From positions 12,752 to 76,751 of the forward strand of contig JAHWJP010000001.1 of the NCBI GenBank assembly GCA_019348355.1: 64,000 nt of DNA, written 5' to 3'. Positions 53,145 to 63,283 of this stretch are shown one piece after another. The position numbers were made by a program, and so were the translations under genes. The notes below the pieces were generated by a model. The model saw only the letters and a program-made list of their open reading frames with translations, searched no databases and was not told the DNA's origin. This stretch comes from Actinomycetota bacterium. Its GTDB lineage: Bacteria > Actinomycetota > Actinomycetes > Mycobacteriales > SCTD01. Position 1 is the stretch's first letter; the number at the start of each line of letters is the position of its first letter.

Positions 53145-55628
53145 TCAGGCAGGAACGACGTTCACCAGCTTCGGTGCGCGTACGACCACCAGCTTCACGT
53201 CGCGACCGTCCAGCGCCGCGATGACCGCGTCGGAGGCGAGCGCCAGCGCGCGCAGGTCGTCCTCGGCGATGTCAGGCGGGACGACCAGCCGGTCGCGCAG
53301 CTTGCCGGCGACCTGCACGACACAAGTGACGGTGTCCTCGATGAGCAGGGCCGGGTCGGCGACCGGCCACGTCGTCGCGTGCACGGAGTCGCCGGCCTCG
53401 ACGTCATGACCGAGCCGGGACCAGACCTCCTCGGCGGTGTACGGCGCGAAGCAGCCGAGCATCACCGCCAGCGCCTCGACCCCGTCGCGCAGCGAGGCCG
53501 CCGCGGGATTCGCAGCGTCAACGGCCTTGCGCAGCGAGGAAGTCAGCTCCATGAACCGGGCGACCACGACGTTGAGCCGCTGCGCCTCGATCAGCCGGGT
53601 CACCTCGTCGACGGTCCTCGCGACCGCCCGGTCGACGGAGGCGTCACGGCCGGCTCCGGCCAGCCCGCCCACGTCCTCGGCCAGCCGGGCGACCCGGGCG
53701 AGGTACTTCACCGAGCCGGCGGGTGAGACGTCGGCCCAGTCGATGTCGTCCTCGGGCGGACCGGCGAACACCACCGTCAGCCGTACCGCGTCGACGCCGA
53801 AGCGGGACAGCTCCGCGCCCAGGTCGACGCCGTTGCCGAGCGACTTGCTCATGGCCTTGCCCTGGTTGATGACCTGGCCCTGGTTCATCAGCGCGAGGAA
53901 GGGCTCCGGGAAGTCGACCATCCCCATGTCCTGCAGGACCTTGGTGAAGAAGCGGCTGTAGAGCAGGTGCAGGATCGCGTGCTCGACCCCGCCGACGTAC
54001 TGCGCGACCGGCATCCACTCCCGGACGGCCGCGGGGTCGAACGGGCCGTCCTGGTAGTCCGGCGAGCAGAAGCGCAGGAAGTACCAGGACGAGTCGACGA
54101 AGGTGTCCATCGTGTCGGTGTCACGGGTCGCCGCTCCGCCGCAGGACGGGCATGTCGTGTTCACCCAGTCGGTCGCCGCACCGAGCGGCGACGTGCCGAC
54201 CGGCTTGAGCGCCGCGCCGCGCAGGTCAGGCAGCCGCACCGGCAGCTCGGATTCCGGGACCGCCACCTCGCCGCACGCCCCGCAGTGCACGACCGGGATC
54301 GGCGGCCCCCAGAATCGCTGCCGCGAGATCAGCCAGTCGCGCAACCGGAAGTTGACCGCGCCCTTTCCCCCGCCGCGCGTCTCGAGATCGGTGACGATCC
54401 GCGAGATCGCCTCGTCCTTTGGCAAGCCGTCGTACGGCCCACTGTTCACCACCACGCCATCACCGGTCGTCGCGACGCCGGACTCGGCCGGATCCGCTGC
54501 GCCGGTGTCGATGACCACCCGGACCGGCAGGCCGAAGGCGCGCGCGAAGTCCAGGTCGCGCTGGTCGTGCGCCGGCACCGCCATGATGGCGCCGGTGCCG
54601 TAGTCGGCCAGCACGTAATCCGCTGCATAGACAGGGATCTGCTTCCCGGTCACCGGGTTGAGCGCGGTGACACCGAGGTCGACGCCCGTCTTCTCCCGGT
54701 CGGTGGCCTGCCGGTCGATGTCGGACAGCCGGCGCACCTGGTCGCGATAGGCCTCCAGCGCCGCGCGCCGCTCAGGGGCACACAGCTCGAGTGCCAGCGG
54801 CGCGTCGGCGGCGACGACGAAGAACGTCGCGCCGTACAGGGTGTCGGGCCGGGTGGTGAACACCGTGACTGTCTGGCCGGAGACCTCGAAATCGACGTGC
54901 GCGCCCAGCGACTTGCCGATCCAGTTCTTCTGCATCAAGAGCACACGCTCGGGCCAGTGACCGCGCAGCTGCTCCATGTCGGCCAGCAGCCGATCGGCGT
55001 ACTCGGTCACCCGGAAGAACCACTGCGTCAGCTCGCGCTTGGTGACCTGCGCGCCGCACCGCTCGCACGCGCCCTGCACGACCTGCTCGTTGGCCAGCAC
55101 CGTCTGGTCCTGCGGGCACCAGTTGACCGCGCTGCTCTTGCGATAGGCCAGGCCGCGCTCGCGAAAGCGCAGGAACAGCCACTGCGTCCAGCGGTAGTAG
55201 TCCGGGTCGCTGGTGTGCAGCCGCCGCGTCCAGTCGAAGCTGATCGCGTAGCGCCGGAAGCTCTCGGCCTGCGTCTCGATGTTGGCGTAGGTGTAGGTCG
55301 CGGGGTGCTCGTCGCGCCGGATCGCGGCGTTCTCCGCCGGCAGCCCGAAGGAGTCCCAGCCGATCGGGTGCATGACATCGAAGCCGCGCCGCATCCAGTA
55401 GCGCGCGAGCACGTCGCACAGCCCGTACGCCTCGGCGTGACCCATGTGCAGGTCACCGCTGGGATAGGGGAACATGTCCAGGACGTACTTCTTGGCGGCG
55501 CCCCCTTCGACATTGCCGTCAGCCCGCCCGGCCCGGTAGAGGTCCAGGCGGTCCCACACCGGCAGCCAGCGCTCCTGCACCGCATGCGGGTCGTACGCCG
55601 CACGCTCCACGGGGACGTCGGTGGTCAT
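53145..55628 (-). CDS. leuS: Leucine--tRNA ligase
   Basis: [46 protein letters not shown]. Confidence 0.97.
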   Translation of the reverse strand: MTTDVPVERAAYDPHAVQERWLPVWDRLDLYRAGRADGNVEGGAAKKYVLDMFPYPSGDLHMGHAEAYGLCDVLARYWMRRGFDVMHPIGWDSFGLPAENAAIRRDEHPATYTYANIETQAESFRRYAISFDWTRRLHTSDPDYYRWTQWLFLRFRERGLAYRKSSAVNWCPQDQTVLANEQVVQGACERCGAQVTKRELTQWFFRVTEYADRLLADMEQLRGHWPERVLLMQKNWIGKSLGAHVDFEVSGQTVTVFTTRPDTLYGATFFVVAADAPLALELCAPERRAALEAYRDQVRRLSDIDRQATDREKTGVDLGVTALNPVTGKQIPVYAADYVLADYGTGAIMAVPAHDQRDLDFARAFGLPVRVVIDTGAADPAESGVATTGDGVVVNSGPYDGLPKDEAISRIVTDLETRGGGKGAVNFRLRDWLISRQRFWGPPIPVVHCGACGEVAVPESELPVRLPDLRGAALKPVGTSPLGAATDWVNTTCPSCGGAATRDTDTMDTFVDSSWYFLRFCSPDYQDGPFDPAAVREWMPVAQYVGGVEHAILHLLYSRFFTKVLQDMGMVDFPEPFLALMNQGQVINQGKAMSKSLGNGVDLGAELSRFGVDAVRLTVVFAGPPEDDIDWADVSPAGSVKYLARVARLAEDVGGLAGAGRDASVDRAVARTVDEVTRLIEAQRLNVVVARFMELTSSLRKAVDAANPAAASLRDGVEALAVMLGCFAPYTAEEVWSRLGHDVEAGDSVHATTWPVADPALLIEDTVTCVVQVAGKLRDRLVVPPDIAEDDLRALALASDAVIAALDGRDVKLVVVRAPKLVNVVPA

Positions 55629-55697
55629 GCGCGCCGATGCTAGCCGGGGCGGGTTCACGACCCGACCGGGTTTCCGTCGCGCAACTAGGCTGGCCAC

Positions 55698-56831
55698 ATG
55701 CAGGAGCTCTCCCGTGGCGCGAACTGCCCGGTCCCCTCACCGGTCGTGACCGTGTCCGTCGCCTGCGCCTCACCGGTGGACGTCTCGGCGCTCCTGGTCG
55801 CTGCCACCGGCAAGGTCCGGTCCGATGCCGACCTCGTCTTCTACAACAACAACACCGGGCCGGGCGTGAGCTATCTGCCGGCCGCGAGCGGACCGCGCGG
55901 CGTGGATGCGATCCGCGTCGACACCACCCTCGTACCGCCTGAGATCGAGAAGGTCGTCATCACAGCGAGTCTGGACGGCTCCGGACCGGCCAGCTTCGCG
56001 CAGGCCGGCAGCATGGTCATCACCGTCCTCGACGGCGCCGGCACCGATGTGGTGCGCGCCGAGCTGACCGGCCTCACCAGCGAGGTCGCGCTGATCTGCG
56101 CCGAGGTCTACCGCCGCAACGGGGCGTGGAAGATCCGGGCGGTCGGGCAGGGCTTCGACAACGGGCTGGCCGGCATCGCCACCGAGTTCGGCATCGAGGT
56201 GGAGGCCGAGGCGCCCGCGGCGCCGGTGGTCGCCACCCCCACGACGGCGAAGGTCAACCTGGACAAGGGCCGGGTGTCACTGCACAAGAACCAGACCGTG
56301 TCGCTGGTCAAGACCGGAGCGCCTGCGCTGACCCGGGTCGCGATGGGACTCGGCTGGGACCCGCTGGAGGGGTGGGGGAACATCGACCTGGACGCCTCCG
56401 TCATCGCTTTCGACGCCAAGGGCCAGGACGTCGACATGGTGTGGTTCATGGCCAAACAGGGCTGTCAGGGGGCGATCCGGCACTCCGGTGACAACCTGAC
56501 CGGCGAGGGCGAGGGGGACGACGAGGTCATCCTCGTCGACCTGGACAAGCTCCCGGCCGCCGTCGCCGCGCTGGTGTTCACCGTCAACAGCTTCGGCGGC
56601 CAGAAGTTCACCGCCGTTCGCAACGCCTACTGCCGGTTGCTCGACGTCACCGGCAAGGCGCAGAGCGAGCTGGTCCGCTTCGAGCTGAGCGACAGCCAGC
56701 CGGAGACCGGCGTGCTCATGTGCAAGCTGGTCCGCCAGGCGGACGGCAGCTGGTCGATGACGGCGCTCGGCACGTACGCCGACAGCCGGACGGTCCGCAA
56801 GATGGTCGGCCCGGCCCGCGCGGCGCTCTGA
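55698..56831 (+). CDS. Tandem TerD-domain stress protein
   Basis: [48 protein letters not shown]. Confidence 0.92.
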   Translation: MQELSRGANCPVPSPVVTVSVACASPVDVSALLVAATGKVRSDADLVFYNNNTGPGVSYLPAASGPRGVDAIRVDTTLVPPEIEKVVITASLDGSGPASFAQAGSMVITVLDGAGTDVVRAELTGLTSEVALICAEVYRRNGAWKIRAVGQGFDNGLAGIATEFGIEVEAEAPAAPVVATPTTAKVNLDKGRVSLHKNQTVSLVKTGAPALTRVAMGLGWDPLEGWGNIDLDASVIAFDAKGQDVDMVWFMAKQGCQGAIRHSGDNLTGEGEGDDEVILVDLDKLPAAVAALVFTVNSFGGQKFTAVRNAYCRLLDVTGKAQSELVRFELSDSQPETGVLMCKLVRQADGSWSMTALGTYADSRTVRKMVGPARAAL

Positions 56832-56846
56832 GACGAGGAGTTCACG

Positions 56847-58574
56847 GTGACAGCTCTCCGCACGGTCCCGGCCGGCGCGCCGGCGGAGCACGTCGACGTG
56901 GTCGTCGTCGGCAGCGGCTTCGGCGGCAGCGTCGCCGCCCTGCGGCTGACCGAGAAGGGCTACCGGGTGTTGGTGCTGGAGGCCGGCCGACGTTTCACCG
57001 AGGCGAGCCTGCCGCGTACGTCCTGGAACGTCCGAGGGTTCCTCTGGGCACCGTGGCTGGGGTTGCGGGGCATCCAGCGCATCAGCCGGGTCGGCAAAGT
57101 CCTGGTGCTGGCGGGCGCCGGCGTCGGCGGTGGCTCGCTCAACTACGCCAACACCCTCTACCAGCCACCGGCCCCGTTCTACCGGGACCGGCAGTGGGGG
57201 CACATCACCGACTGGAAGGACGAGCTCGACCCCTGGTACGACCAGGCCCGCCGCATGCTGGGCGTCGTGCAGAACCCGACCTTGACCGAGGCCGACAGGG
57301 TGATGCGCGCGGTCGCCGAGGACATGGGTGTGGGGAGCACCTTCCAGCTCACCCCGGTCGGGGTCTTCTTCGGTCGCGGGGACACCCAGGAGCCAGGCGT
57401 GACGGTGCCCGATCCCTACTTCGGCGGCGCCGGGCCGGAGCGCACCGGGTGCGTCCAGTGCGGGTCCTGCATGACCGGTTGCCGGGTCGGCGCCAAGAAC
57501 ACTCTCGTCAAGAACTACCTCCACCTCGCGGAGCGAGCCGGGGCAACGATCCGCCCGGACACCACCGTCGTTCGTGTACGGCCGGTTCCGGCCGGCGGAT
57601 ACGCGGTCGACACCCGCCCCACCGGGGTGGGACCACGGCGCACCAGGACGGTCACCGCTGACCAGGTCGTGCTGGCCGCCGGCACGCTCGGCACCCAGCG
57701 CCTGCTCCACCGGATGCGCGACGCGGGCATCCTGCCGCACCTCTCGCCGCGGCTCGGGGTGCTGACCCGCACCAACTCCGAGTCCCTGCTGGGGGCGCAG
57801 ACCCGGACGGTGACGAGGAACTTCAGCCGTGGGGTGGCGATCACCTCGTCGTTCCACCCCGATGCCGAGACGCACATCGAGCCGGTCCGGTACGGGAAGG
57901 GCAGCAACCTGATGGGGCTGCTCCAGACGGTGATGACCGACGGCGGGGGCCGCGCGCCCCGCTGGGTCAAGGCGCTGCGCGAGATCCGGAAGAATCCCGG
58001 CGTCTTCCTGTCCACGCTCGATGCGCGCCGCTGGTCCGAGCGGACCATCATCGCCCTGGTCATGCAGACCAAAGACAACTCGATCACCACGTTCACCCGT
58101 CGGGGCAGGCTCACGGCCCGGCAGGGTCACGGGGAGCCCAACCCGGACTGGATCCCGGTCGGCAACGAGGCCGCCCGGCGCATGGCGGACAAGATCGGCG
58201 GCTATCCCGGCGGCACCATCGGTGAGCTCGCCAACATCCCCATGACGGCGCACTTCCTCGGCGGCTGCGCCATCGGCGACGCACCCGAGACCGGTGTGGT
58301 GGATGCCTACCACCGGGTCTACGGACACCCGGACCTGCACATCGTCGACGGCTCGACCGTCTCGGCCAACCTCGGCGTCAACCCCTCCCTCACCATCACG
58401 GCGCAGGCCGAGCGGGCGATGTCGCTGTGGCCGAACAAGGGCGAGGCGGATCCCCGGCCGGGACTCGGCGCCGCCTACCGGCGGATCGCCGCGGTGGCGC
58501 CCCGGACCCCGAGCGTGCCAGCGAGCGCGCCCGCCGCCCTGCGGCGGGTGTCAGCGGTGCGGCTCGGCCGCTGA
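56847..58574 (+). CDS. GMC oxidoreductase, cholesterol oxidase ChoD-like
   Basis: VGSGFGG, GVGGGSLNYANTLY, TAHFLGG, NLGVNPSLTITAQAERA. Confidence 0.9.
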   Translation: MTALRTVPAGAPAEHVDVVVVGSGFGGSVAALRLTEKGYRVLVLEAGRRFTEASLPRTSWNVRGFLWAPWLGLRGIQRISRVGKVLVLAGAGVGGGSLNYANTLYQPPAPFYRDRQWGHITDWKDELDPWYDQARRMLGVVQNPTLTEADRVMRAVAEDMGVGSTFQLTPVGVFFGRGDTQEPGVTVPDPYFGGAGPERTGCVQCGSCMTGCRVGAKNTLVKNYLHLAERAGATIRPDTTVVRVRPVPAGGYAVDTRPTGVGPRRTRTVTADQVVLAAGTLGTQRLLHRMRDAGILPHLSPRLGVLTRTNSESLLGAQTRTVTRNFSRGVAITSSFHPDAETHIEPVRYGKGSNLMGLLQTVMTDGGGRAPRWVKALREIRKNPGVFLSTLDARRWSERTIIALVMQTKDNSITTFTRRGRLTARQGHGEPNPDWIPVGNEAARRMADKIGGYPGGTIGELANIPMTAHFLGGCAIGDAPETGVVDAYHRVYGHPDLHIVDGSTVSANLGVNPSLTITAQAERAMSLWPNKGEADPRPGLGAAYRRIAAVAPRTPSVPASAPAALRRVSAVRLGR

Positions 58575-58579
58575 GGCCG

Positions 58580-58885
58580 TCAACCCTCCGACAGCACGGC
58601 GACCAGCTGCTCGACGGTCGGCGCGCCGGCCAGCCCGTCCGGCGTGCGGAACATCCGGCAGGCCAGACCGGTCGGCGCTCCCGGCTCGGCGAACGGGTCG
58701 CGCCCGTCGACCAGCACCGTGGGCGAGCCTCGAAAACCGAGCTGCTCGGCCTGCTCCGGGGTGGTGACCTGCCGGCGGGTCACCGGCTGGTCGGGGTGGC
58801 CGGTGAGCGCCAGGGCCTCCAGGAGTCGCTTGTCGGCCAACTGCCAGCTGGGGCAGCCGTCGAAGTACAGCAGGGTGACCTCCAT
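58580..58885 (-). CDS. Small thioredoxin-fold protein of the type often found in mer/heavy-metal clusters
   Basis: LLYFDGCPSW, GFRGSPTVLVDGRDPF, GLACRMF. Confidence 0.8.
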   Translation of the reverse strand: MEVTLLYFDGCPSWQLADKRLLEALALTGHPDQPVTRRQVTTPEQAEQLGFRGSPTVLVDGRDPFAEPGAPTGLACRMFRTPDGLAGAPTVEQLVAVLSEG

Positions 58886-58911
58886 CTGGTCAGTGTCCCC
58901 CGGAACTGGCC

Positions 58912-59874
58912 TTACGCCTTGGTCTCGCTGGCGGCGTGCTCCGGTCGGGCCTTGCGCCGGTGGAGCGTGAGGTTCATGACGACCACGGCGGCGGCGCCGA
59001 CGACGAGCCCGAGGAGCGCGCTGCCCAGCGTGTTGACCAGCCAGCCCACCACCGAGCCGAGGGCTCCGGTCGCCTCCTTCGCCGCCTCCTCCAGCCCGTG
59101 TACGACGTCGTACAGGAAGGTCAGGCCAAGGTCGTCGGTGCCCAGCAGCAGGATGTGACCGCCGACCCACAGCATCGCGGCGGTCCCGACCACGGTGAGC
59201 GCGGTGAGCAGCCGCGGCATCGCCTTGACCAGGCCGCGGCCGAAGGCGGCCAGGCCCTTGCCGGGGGACTCGGCCAGACGCAGTCCGGCGTCGTCCATCT
59301 TCACGATGAGGCCGACGACGCCGTAGACCAGCACGGTGATGCCGATCGCCACGACCGTGAGGATCACCGCCCGGGACACGAACGGCTCGTCGACGACCTC
59401 GTTCAGCGAGATGACCATGATCTCCGCCGACAGGATGAAATCGGTGCGCACCGCTCCGGACACGACGGTGTCCTCGTCCGGCAGAGCGGCCTCGCCGGAA
59501 GCGGCGGCGTCGTGGTGGCCACCGAACTTGGCCCACACCTTCTCCGCCCCCTCGTAGCAGAGGTAGGTGCCGCCGAGCATCAGAATCGGCGTGAGCAGGA
59601 CCGGCAGGAACTGGCTGAGCAGGAGCACGGCGGGCAGGATGATGAGCAGCTTGTTGCGCAGCGACCCGAAGGCGATGCGCCGGATGATCGGCAGCTCGCG
59701 CTTGGCAGCCAAGCCACGTACGTACTGCGGCGTCACGGCGGCGTCGTCGACGACGACACCCGCAGCCTTCACGCTGGCCCGGGCAGCACCGACCCCGATG
59801 TCATCGACGGACGCGGCGGCTGCGCGCGCCAGCACCGCCACGTCGTCCAGCAGAGCTACCAGTCCACCACTCAC
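58912..59874 (-). CDS. DUF808 (YedI-like) membrane protein
   Basis: GLVALLDDVA, VVVDDAAVTP, GSLRNK, RTDFILSAEIM, AAMLWVGG. Confidence 0.92.
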   Translation of the reverse strand: MSGGLVALLDDVAVLARAAAASVDDIGVGAARASVKAAGVVVDDAAVTPQYVRGLAAKRELPIIRRIAFGSLRNKLLIILPAVLLLSQFLPVLLTPILMLGGTYLCYEGAEKVWAKFGGHHDAAASGEAALPDEDTVVSGAVRTDFILSAEIMVISLNEVVDEPFVSRAVILTVVAIGITVLVYGVVGLIVKMDDAGLRLAESPGKGLAAFGRGLVKAMPRLLTALTVVGTAAMLWVGGHILLLGTDDLGLTFLYDVVHGLEEAAKEATGALGSVVGWLVNTLGSALLGLVVGAAAVVVMNLTLHRRKARPEHAASETKA

Positions 59875-60244
59875 GACACGTCCTTCCGGTTCCTGCAGCG
59901 CCCTTGCGCCCACGGGCTTCGTCGCCGTGTGCCCGTTCCGGTCTCACGGTAGTCCGGCAGATCCGAAGCCGAGCGTTCAGCATCGCGTCGGAGCGCCGCC
60001 GGCCACCGCACCCAGCCGGTCGTGTCGCCGGCCGCGCCTTTCGGACAACCCTTCCGGTTGTCCTGGACGACGTGATGTCAAAGCCCTGCTGCTCGGTCGG
60101 TGGTGACGATGCTCGATCGTGGACGACGTAATCGGACTGGTTCCGGGTACGTCGATTCGGGAGTGCGAAGAATCACCCGATTGGCGGATGTGTTCCGCGC
60201 GCTGAAGCGTGAAAACTCGCGTAATGGAAGCACGGGAGCGCGAT

Positions 60245-60424
60245 ATGCCGACACGTGAGCACCTGACGCCGGCCGAGGATCGGGACTTGCGGGTCCTTCA
60301 CTGGCTCGCGTCCTTCGGCGCGGAGCTGTCCCCTGCCCGGGCAAGCCTCGTCGCGGAGCTTCGGGAACGCGATCTGCGGGCCACTGTTCGTGAGCCGGAC
60401 CAGGCCGTCCAGCCCTGGAGCTAG
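60245..60424 (+). CDS. Small hypothetical protein (59 aa)
   Basis: GGGAG RBS; MPTREHLTPAEDRDLRVLHWLASFG...ELRERDLRATVREP. Confidence 0.6.
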   Translation: MPTREHLTPAEDRDLRVLHWLASFGAELSPARASLVAELRERDLRATVREPDQAVQPWS

Positions 60425-60663
60425 GGGGTCGGTCAAGGGGCCGTCGGAGTTGATGCTCCGGGCGGACCCCCGCCTTATCAGCCGCTCCCGCGCCTCCGTG
60501 GTGCTGTCCGGCCAGTACACCAGCGTCCTGCCACGTCGTCATAACGGCTCACGGGGCCGGAGGCCAACGCGTGATGACTTCGGCTCGGATCGCTCATAGC
60601 CGCTCCCCCCTCCCGGATCTGAAGTACGCCTCATCACCGAGGTAGAAGCGACCGCAACGCCGA

Positions 60664-61400
60664 CTACTGCAGCGGGAACGGCGGCTGGCGCCAGGGTGGG
60701 TCCTCGACGACTTCGATGGCGGCCACCCACTTCACCCACCAGAAGCCGCGCCGCCCGGGGGCGACGAGCCGCCGGGGTGCCCCGTGTCCCGGCGACAGGG
60801 GCTGCCCCCCTGCTGAGGTGGCCAGCAGGAGCTCCCCGGCCTGCTCCACCGGGAACCTGCGGCGGTACCCCGTGGTGGAGATCACGTCGATGCTGCGAGC
60901 CCCAGCCGGCGCCGCACCGAGGAGTCGGTCGAGGTGGATACCGCGCCACCGCTGGGTCGCGAACCATCCGCCGGTGCAGTCCAGAACGGCCTCGACCTCG
61001 TCGTCGAGGACGCCGAGCTCGACCGGCGCGCCGTTCACGAGCAGCGGCGCGTCGCGCTGCGCCCGAGGCGGCACCACGTCGGTGAACCACTGCGTCACGG
61101 GCATGGGTCACCAGGTGCCTGGCCAGAAGCGGGATCGCGAGCAGGGCCGTGGCCACGTGGACCTGGAGGGCCGTGATGCCCAGGACGGTGGTGAAGCCGG
61201 CGACCTCCTGGACCACCCCGGTGCTGATGCTGATCAACAGCAGGACGCTGAGCAGCCAACCGGCGCGTCGACCCGGATGTGCCGGGCGGGTCAGGCCCCG
61301 CCGCGCCACCGCCTGCTTCCACGGCACCAGCAGCAGCAGCGCCAACCCCGAGGCCGCGTGCGCAGTGGTGACCAGCGACGTCGCGGGCGCGATTCCCGAA
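60664..61400 (-). pseudogene. Disrupted membrane molybdopterin oxidoreductase (sulfite-oxidase/MsrP-like)
   Basis: TM part (AHAASGLALLLLVPWK...LQVHVA) and catalytic part (LDCTGGW, GHGAPRRLVAPGRRGFWWVKWV) are in different frames, joined near 61104. Confidence 0.75.
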
Positions 61401-61553
61401 CGGGGGAGCGCCGCCCGGCCAGCGGCCGTACGGGTGCCCAGCCCGGAGTCGCCTTCGTCAACTCCTCGCGGTCCGTGGGGCTCAGGGTGCGGTGTCAGGG
61501 CCCCCTCGTCATACGTGTACGTTGATGCCCCCTGGCCCCGGAGGACGTGCAGC

Positions 61554-63248
61554 ATGACCCGAATCGCCGTCTGCGGCGGCGTCTACTCCAACCCCTACGC
61601 CCTGCGTGCCTTTCTCGCTGACGCCCGCGCGCGGGGCGCCGACGAGCTCTACTGCCTGGGTGATCTCGGCGGCTACGGGGCCGAGCCGGACGCGATCTGG
61701 CCCCTGCTGGTGGACAACGGGGTGACGGTTGTCGCCGGCAACTACGACGTCGCCATCGGCCGCGGCGACACCGACTGCGGTTGCGGCTACTCCGATCCCC
61801 GCGACAACGAGTTCGCCCAGCTGATGTACGACTTCACGCTGGCCCACACCAGCGCCGACTACGCGCAGTGGATGACGACGCTGCCGACCGAGCGCCGCTT
61901 CGAGCGGGACGGCGTGGACGTGCACCTCGTGCACGGCTCGACGCTCGCGCTCAACGACTTCTGGTGGGAGTCGCTGCCGGAGGACCAGCAGCGGCTGCGG
62001 GTGCAGGCCTCCGGCGCCGACCTGATTTTGTGCACCCACTCCGGACTGCCGTGGCAAAAGCGCGTCGACGACACCCTGGTGGTCAACGTCGGCGTCCTCG
62101 GCCGGCCGGCCAACGACGGCCGCCGCGAGGTCTGGTACGCCATCGTCGACCTCGTGGACGGCCGCGCCACCGCCGAGCTCGTCCCGCTCGACTACGACTG
62201 GCAGGCGCAGGCAGCCTCCATGCGCGCCGGTGGGCTGCCCGATGCTTTTGTCGAGACGGTCGAGTCGGGCTGGTGGACAACGTGTCTGGAGATCGTCCCG
62301 CCGTACGAGCGCAGCAAGGGCCGCTATCAGCTCTACCGCTCCGCCCTGCCGTCGGGCTTCGAGGCCGAAGCGGTGTCCTGGGCCGACGCGCCCGAGGTCG
62401 TCGACGACGGGCTGCCGGTGGTGCCGCTGTTCGGCTCGCCGATGTTCCCGCCGCGGCTGTGGCTCTACACCAACTTCCACTGCAACCTGGCCTGCTCGTA
62501 CTGCTCGGTCGCCAGCAGCCCGCAGGCACGCAAGCGCTCACTGGGGCTGACCCGGGTGAAGGCGCTCGTCGACGAGGCGGTGATGGAGGGGTTCACGGAG
62601 ATCTACCTCACCGGCGGTGAGCCCTTCCTCGAGCCGGACATCGTCGAGATGGTGATGTACGCGACCGAGCGCCTCGACGTCGTGCTGCTCACCAACGGAA
62701 TGCTCTACCAGGGCTGGCGGCTCGAGCAGCTGAAGCGGCTCGCCGGCCGGGAGCGGCTCGTGCTCCAGACCTCGATCGACGCCGCATCACCCGAGGGTCA
62801 CGACGTCAACCGGGGCCGCGGCTCCTGGCAGAAGGCCATGGACGGGCTGCGCCTCGCGGTCGACATGGGCCTGCCGGTGCGCGTCGGCATGACCGAGACG
62901 CCGGAGAACACCGGCGAGGTGGAGCCGCTTCGTGCACTGCTCGCCACGATGGGCATCGTCGGCAAGGACTTCGCCGTTCGACCGCTCGTCCAGCGCGGCT
63001 TCTCGACGACCGGCGCCGAGATCGGCGAGGACAACACCGTGCCGGAGCTCGCCTACACCGCCGACGGGGTGCACTGGCACCCGGCCGGCGCCGACGTCGA
63101 GACCAGCCCCGACATGCTGCTCGCCGCCCACCCGTCCGCCGACACCCCCGTCCCGCTCGCCGAGGGCAAGCGCCTGGCCGTCGAGCGCTTCCTCACCCTG
63201 CGGCGGGCCGACGGCTCGCTGCCGCTCGTCTACAACTGCGCCGTCTGA
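61554..63248 (+). CDS. Metallophosphoesterase-like / radical SAM fusion protein
   Basis: GGAGG RBS; LGDLGG, GNYD, DCGCGY, VHGS, THSG; then CNLACSYC, TGGEPF, LTNG. Confidence 0.88.
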   Translation: MTRIAVCGGVYSNPYALRAFLADARARGADELYCLGDLGGYGAEPDAIWPLLVDNGVTVVAGNYDVAIGRGDTDCGCGYSDPRDNEFAQLMYDFTLAHTSADYAQWMTTLPTERRFERDGVDVHLVHGSTLALNDFWWESLPEDQQRLRVQASGADLILCTHSGLPWQKRVDDTLVVNVGVLGRPANDGRREVWYAIVDLVDGRATAELVPLDYDWQAQAASMRAGGLPDAFVETVESGWWTTCLEIVPPYERSKGRYQLYRSALPSGFEAEAVSWADAPEVVDDGLPVVPLFGSPMFPPRLWLYTNFHCNLACSYCSVASSPQARKRSLGLTRVKALVDEAVMEGFTEIYLTGGEPFLEPDIVEMVMYATERLDVVLLTNGMLYQGWRLEQLKRLAGRERLVLQTSIDAASPEGHDVNRGRGSWQKAMDGLRLAVDMGLPVRVGMTETPENTGEVEPLRALLATMGIVGKDFAVRPLVQRGFSTTGAEIGEDNTVPELAYTADGVHWHPAGADVETSPDMLLAAHPSADTPVPLAEGKRLAVERFLTLRRADGSLPLVYNCAV

Positions 63249-63283
63249 CCCTCCCTCACCCCCCTCTCCCGGATCGGATCGCG

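Noticed and set aside
63240..63283. Possible selenocysteine readthrough at the rSAM TGA
   Set aside because: The pyrimidine-rich downstream sequence gives no SECIS-like hairpin, and the TGA is not at a Cys-motif position
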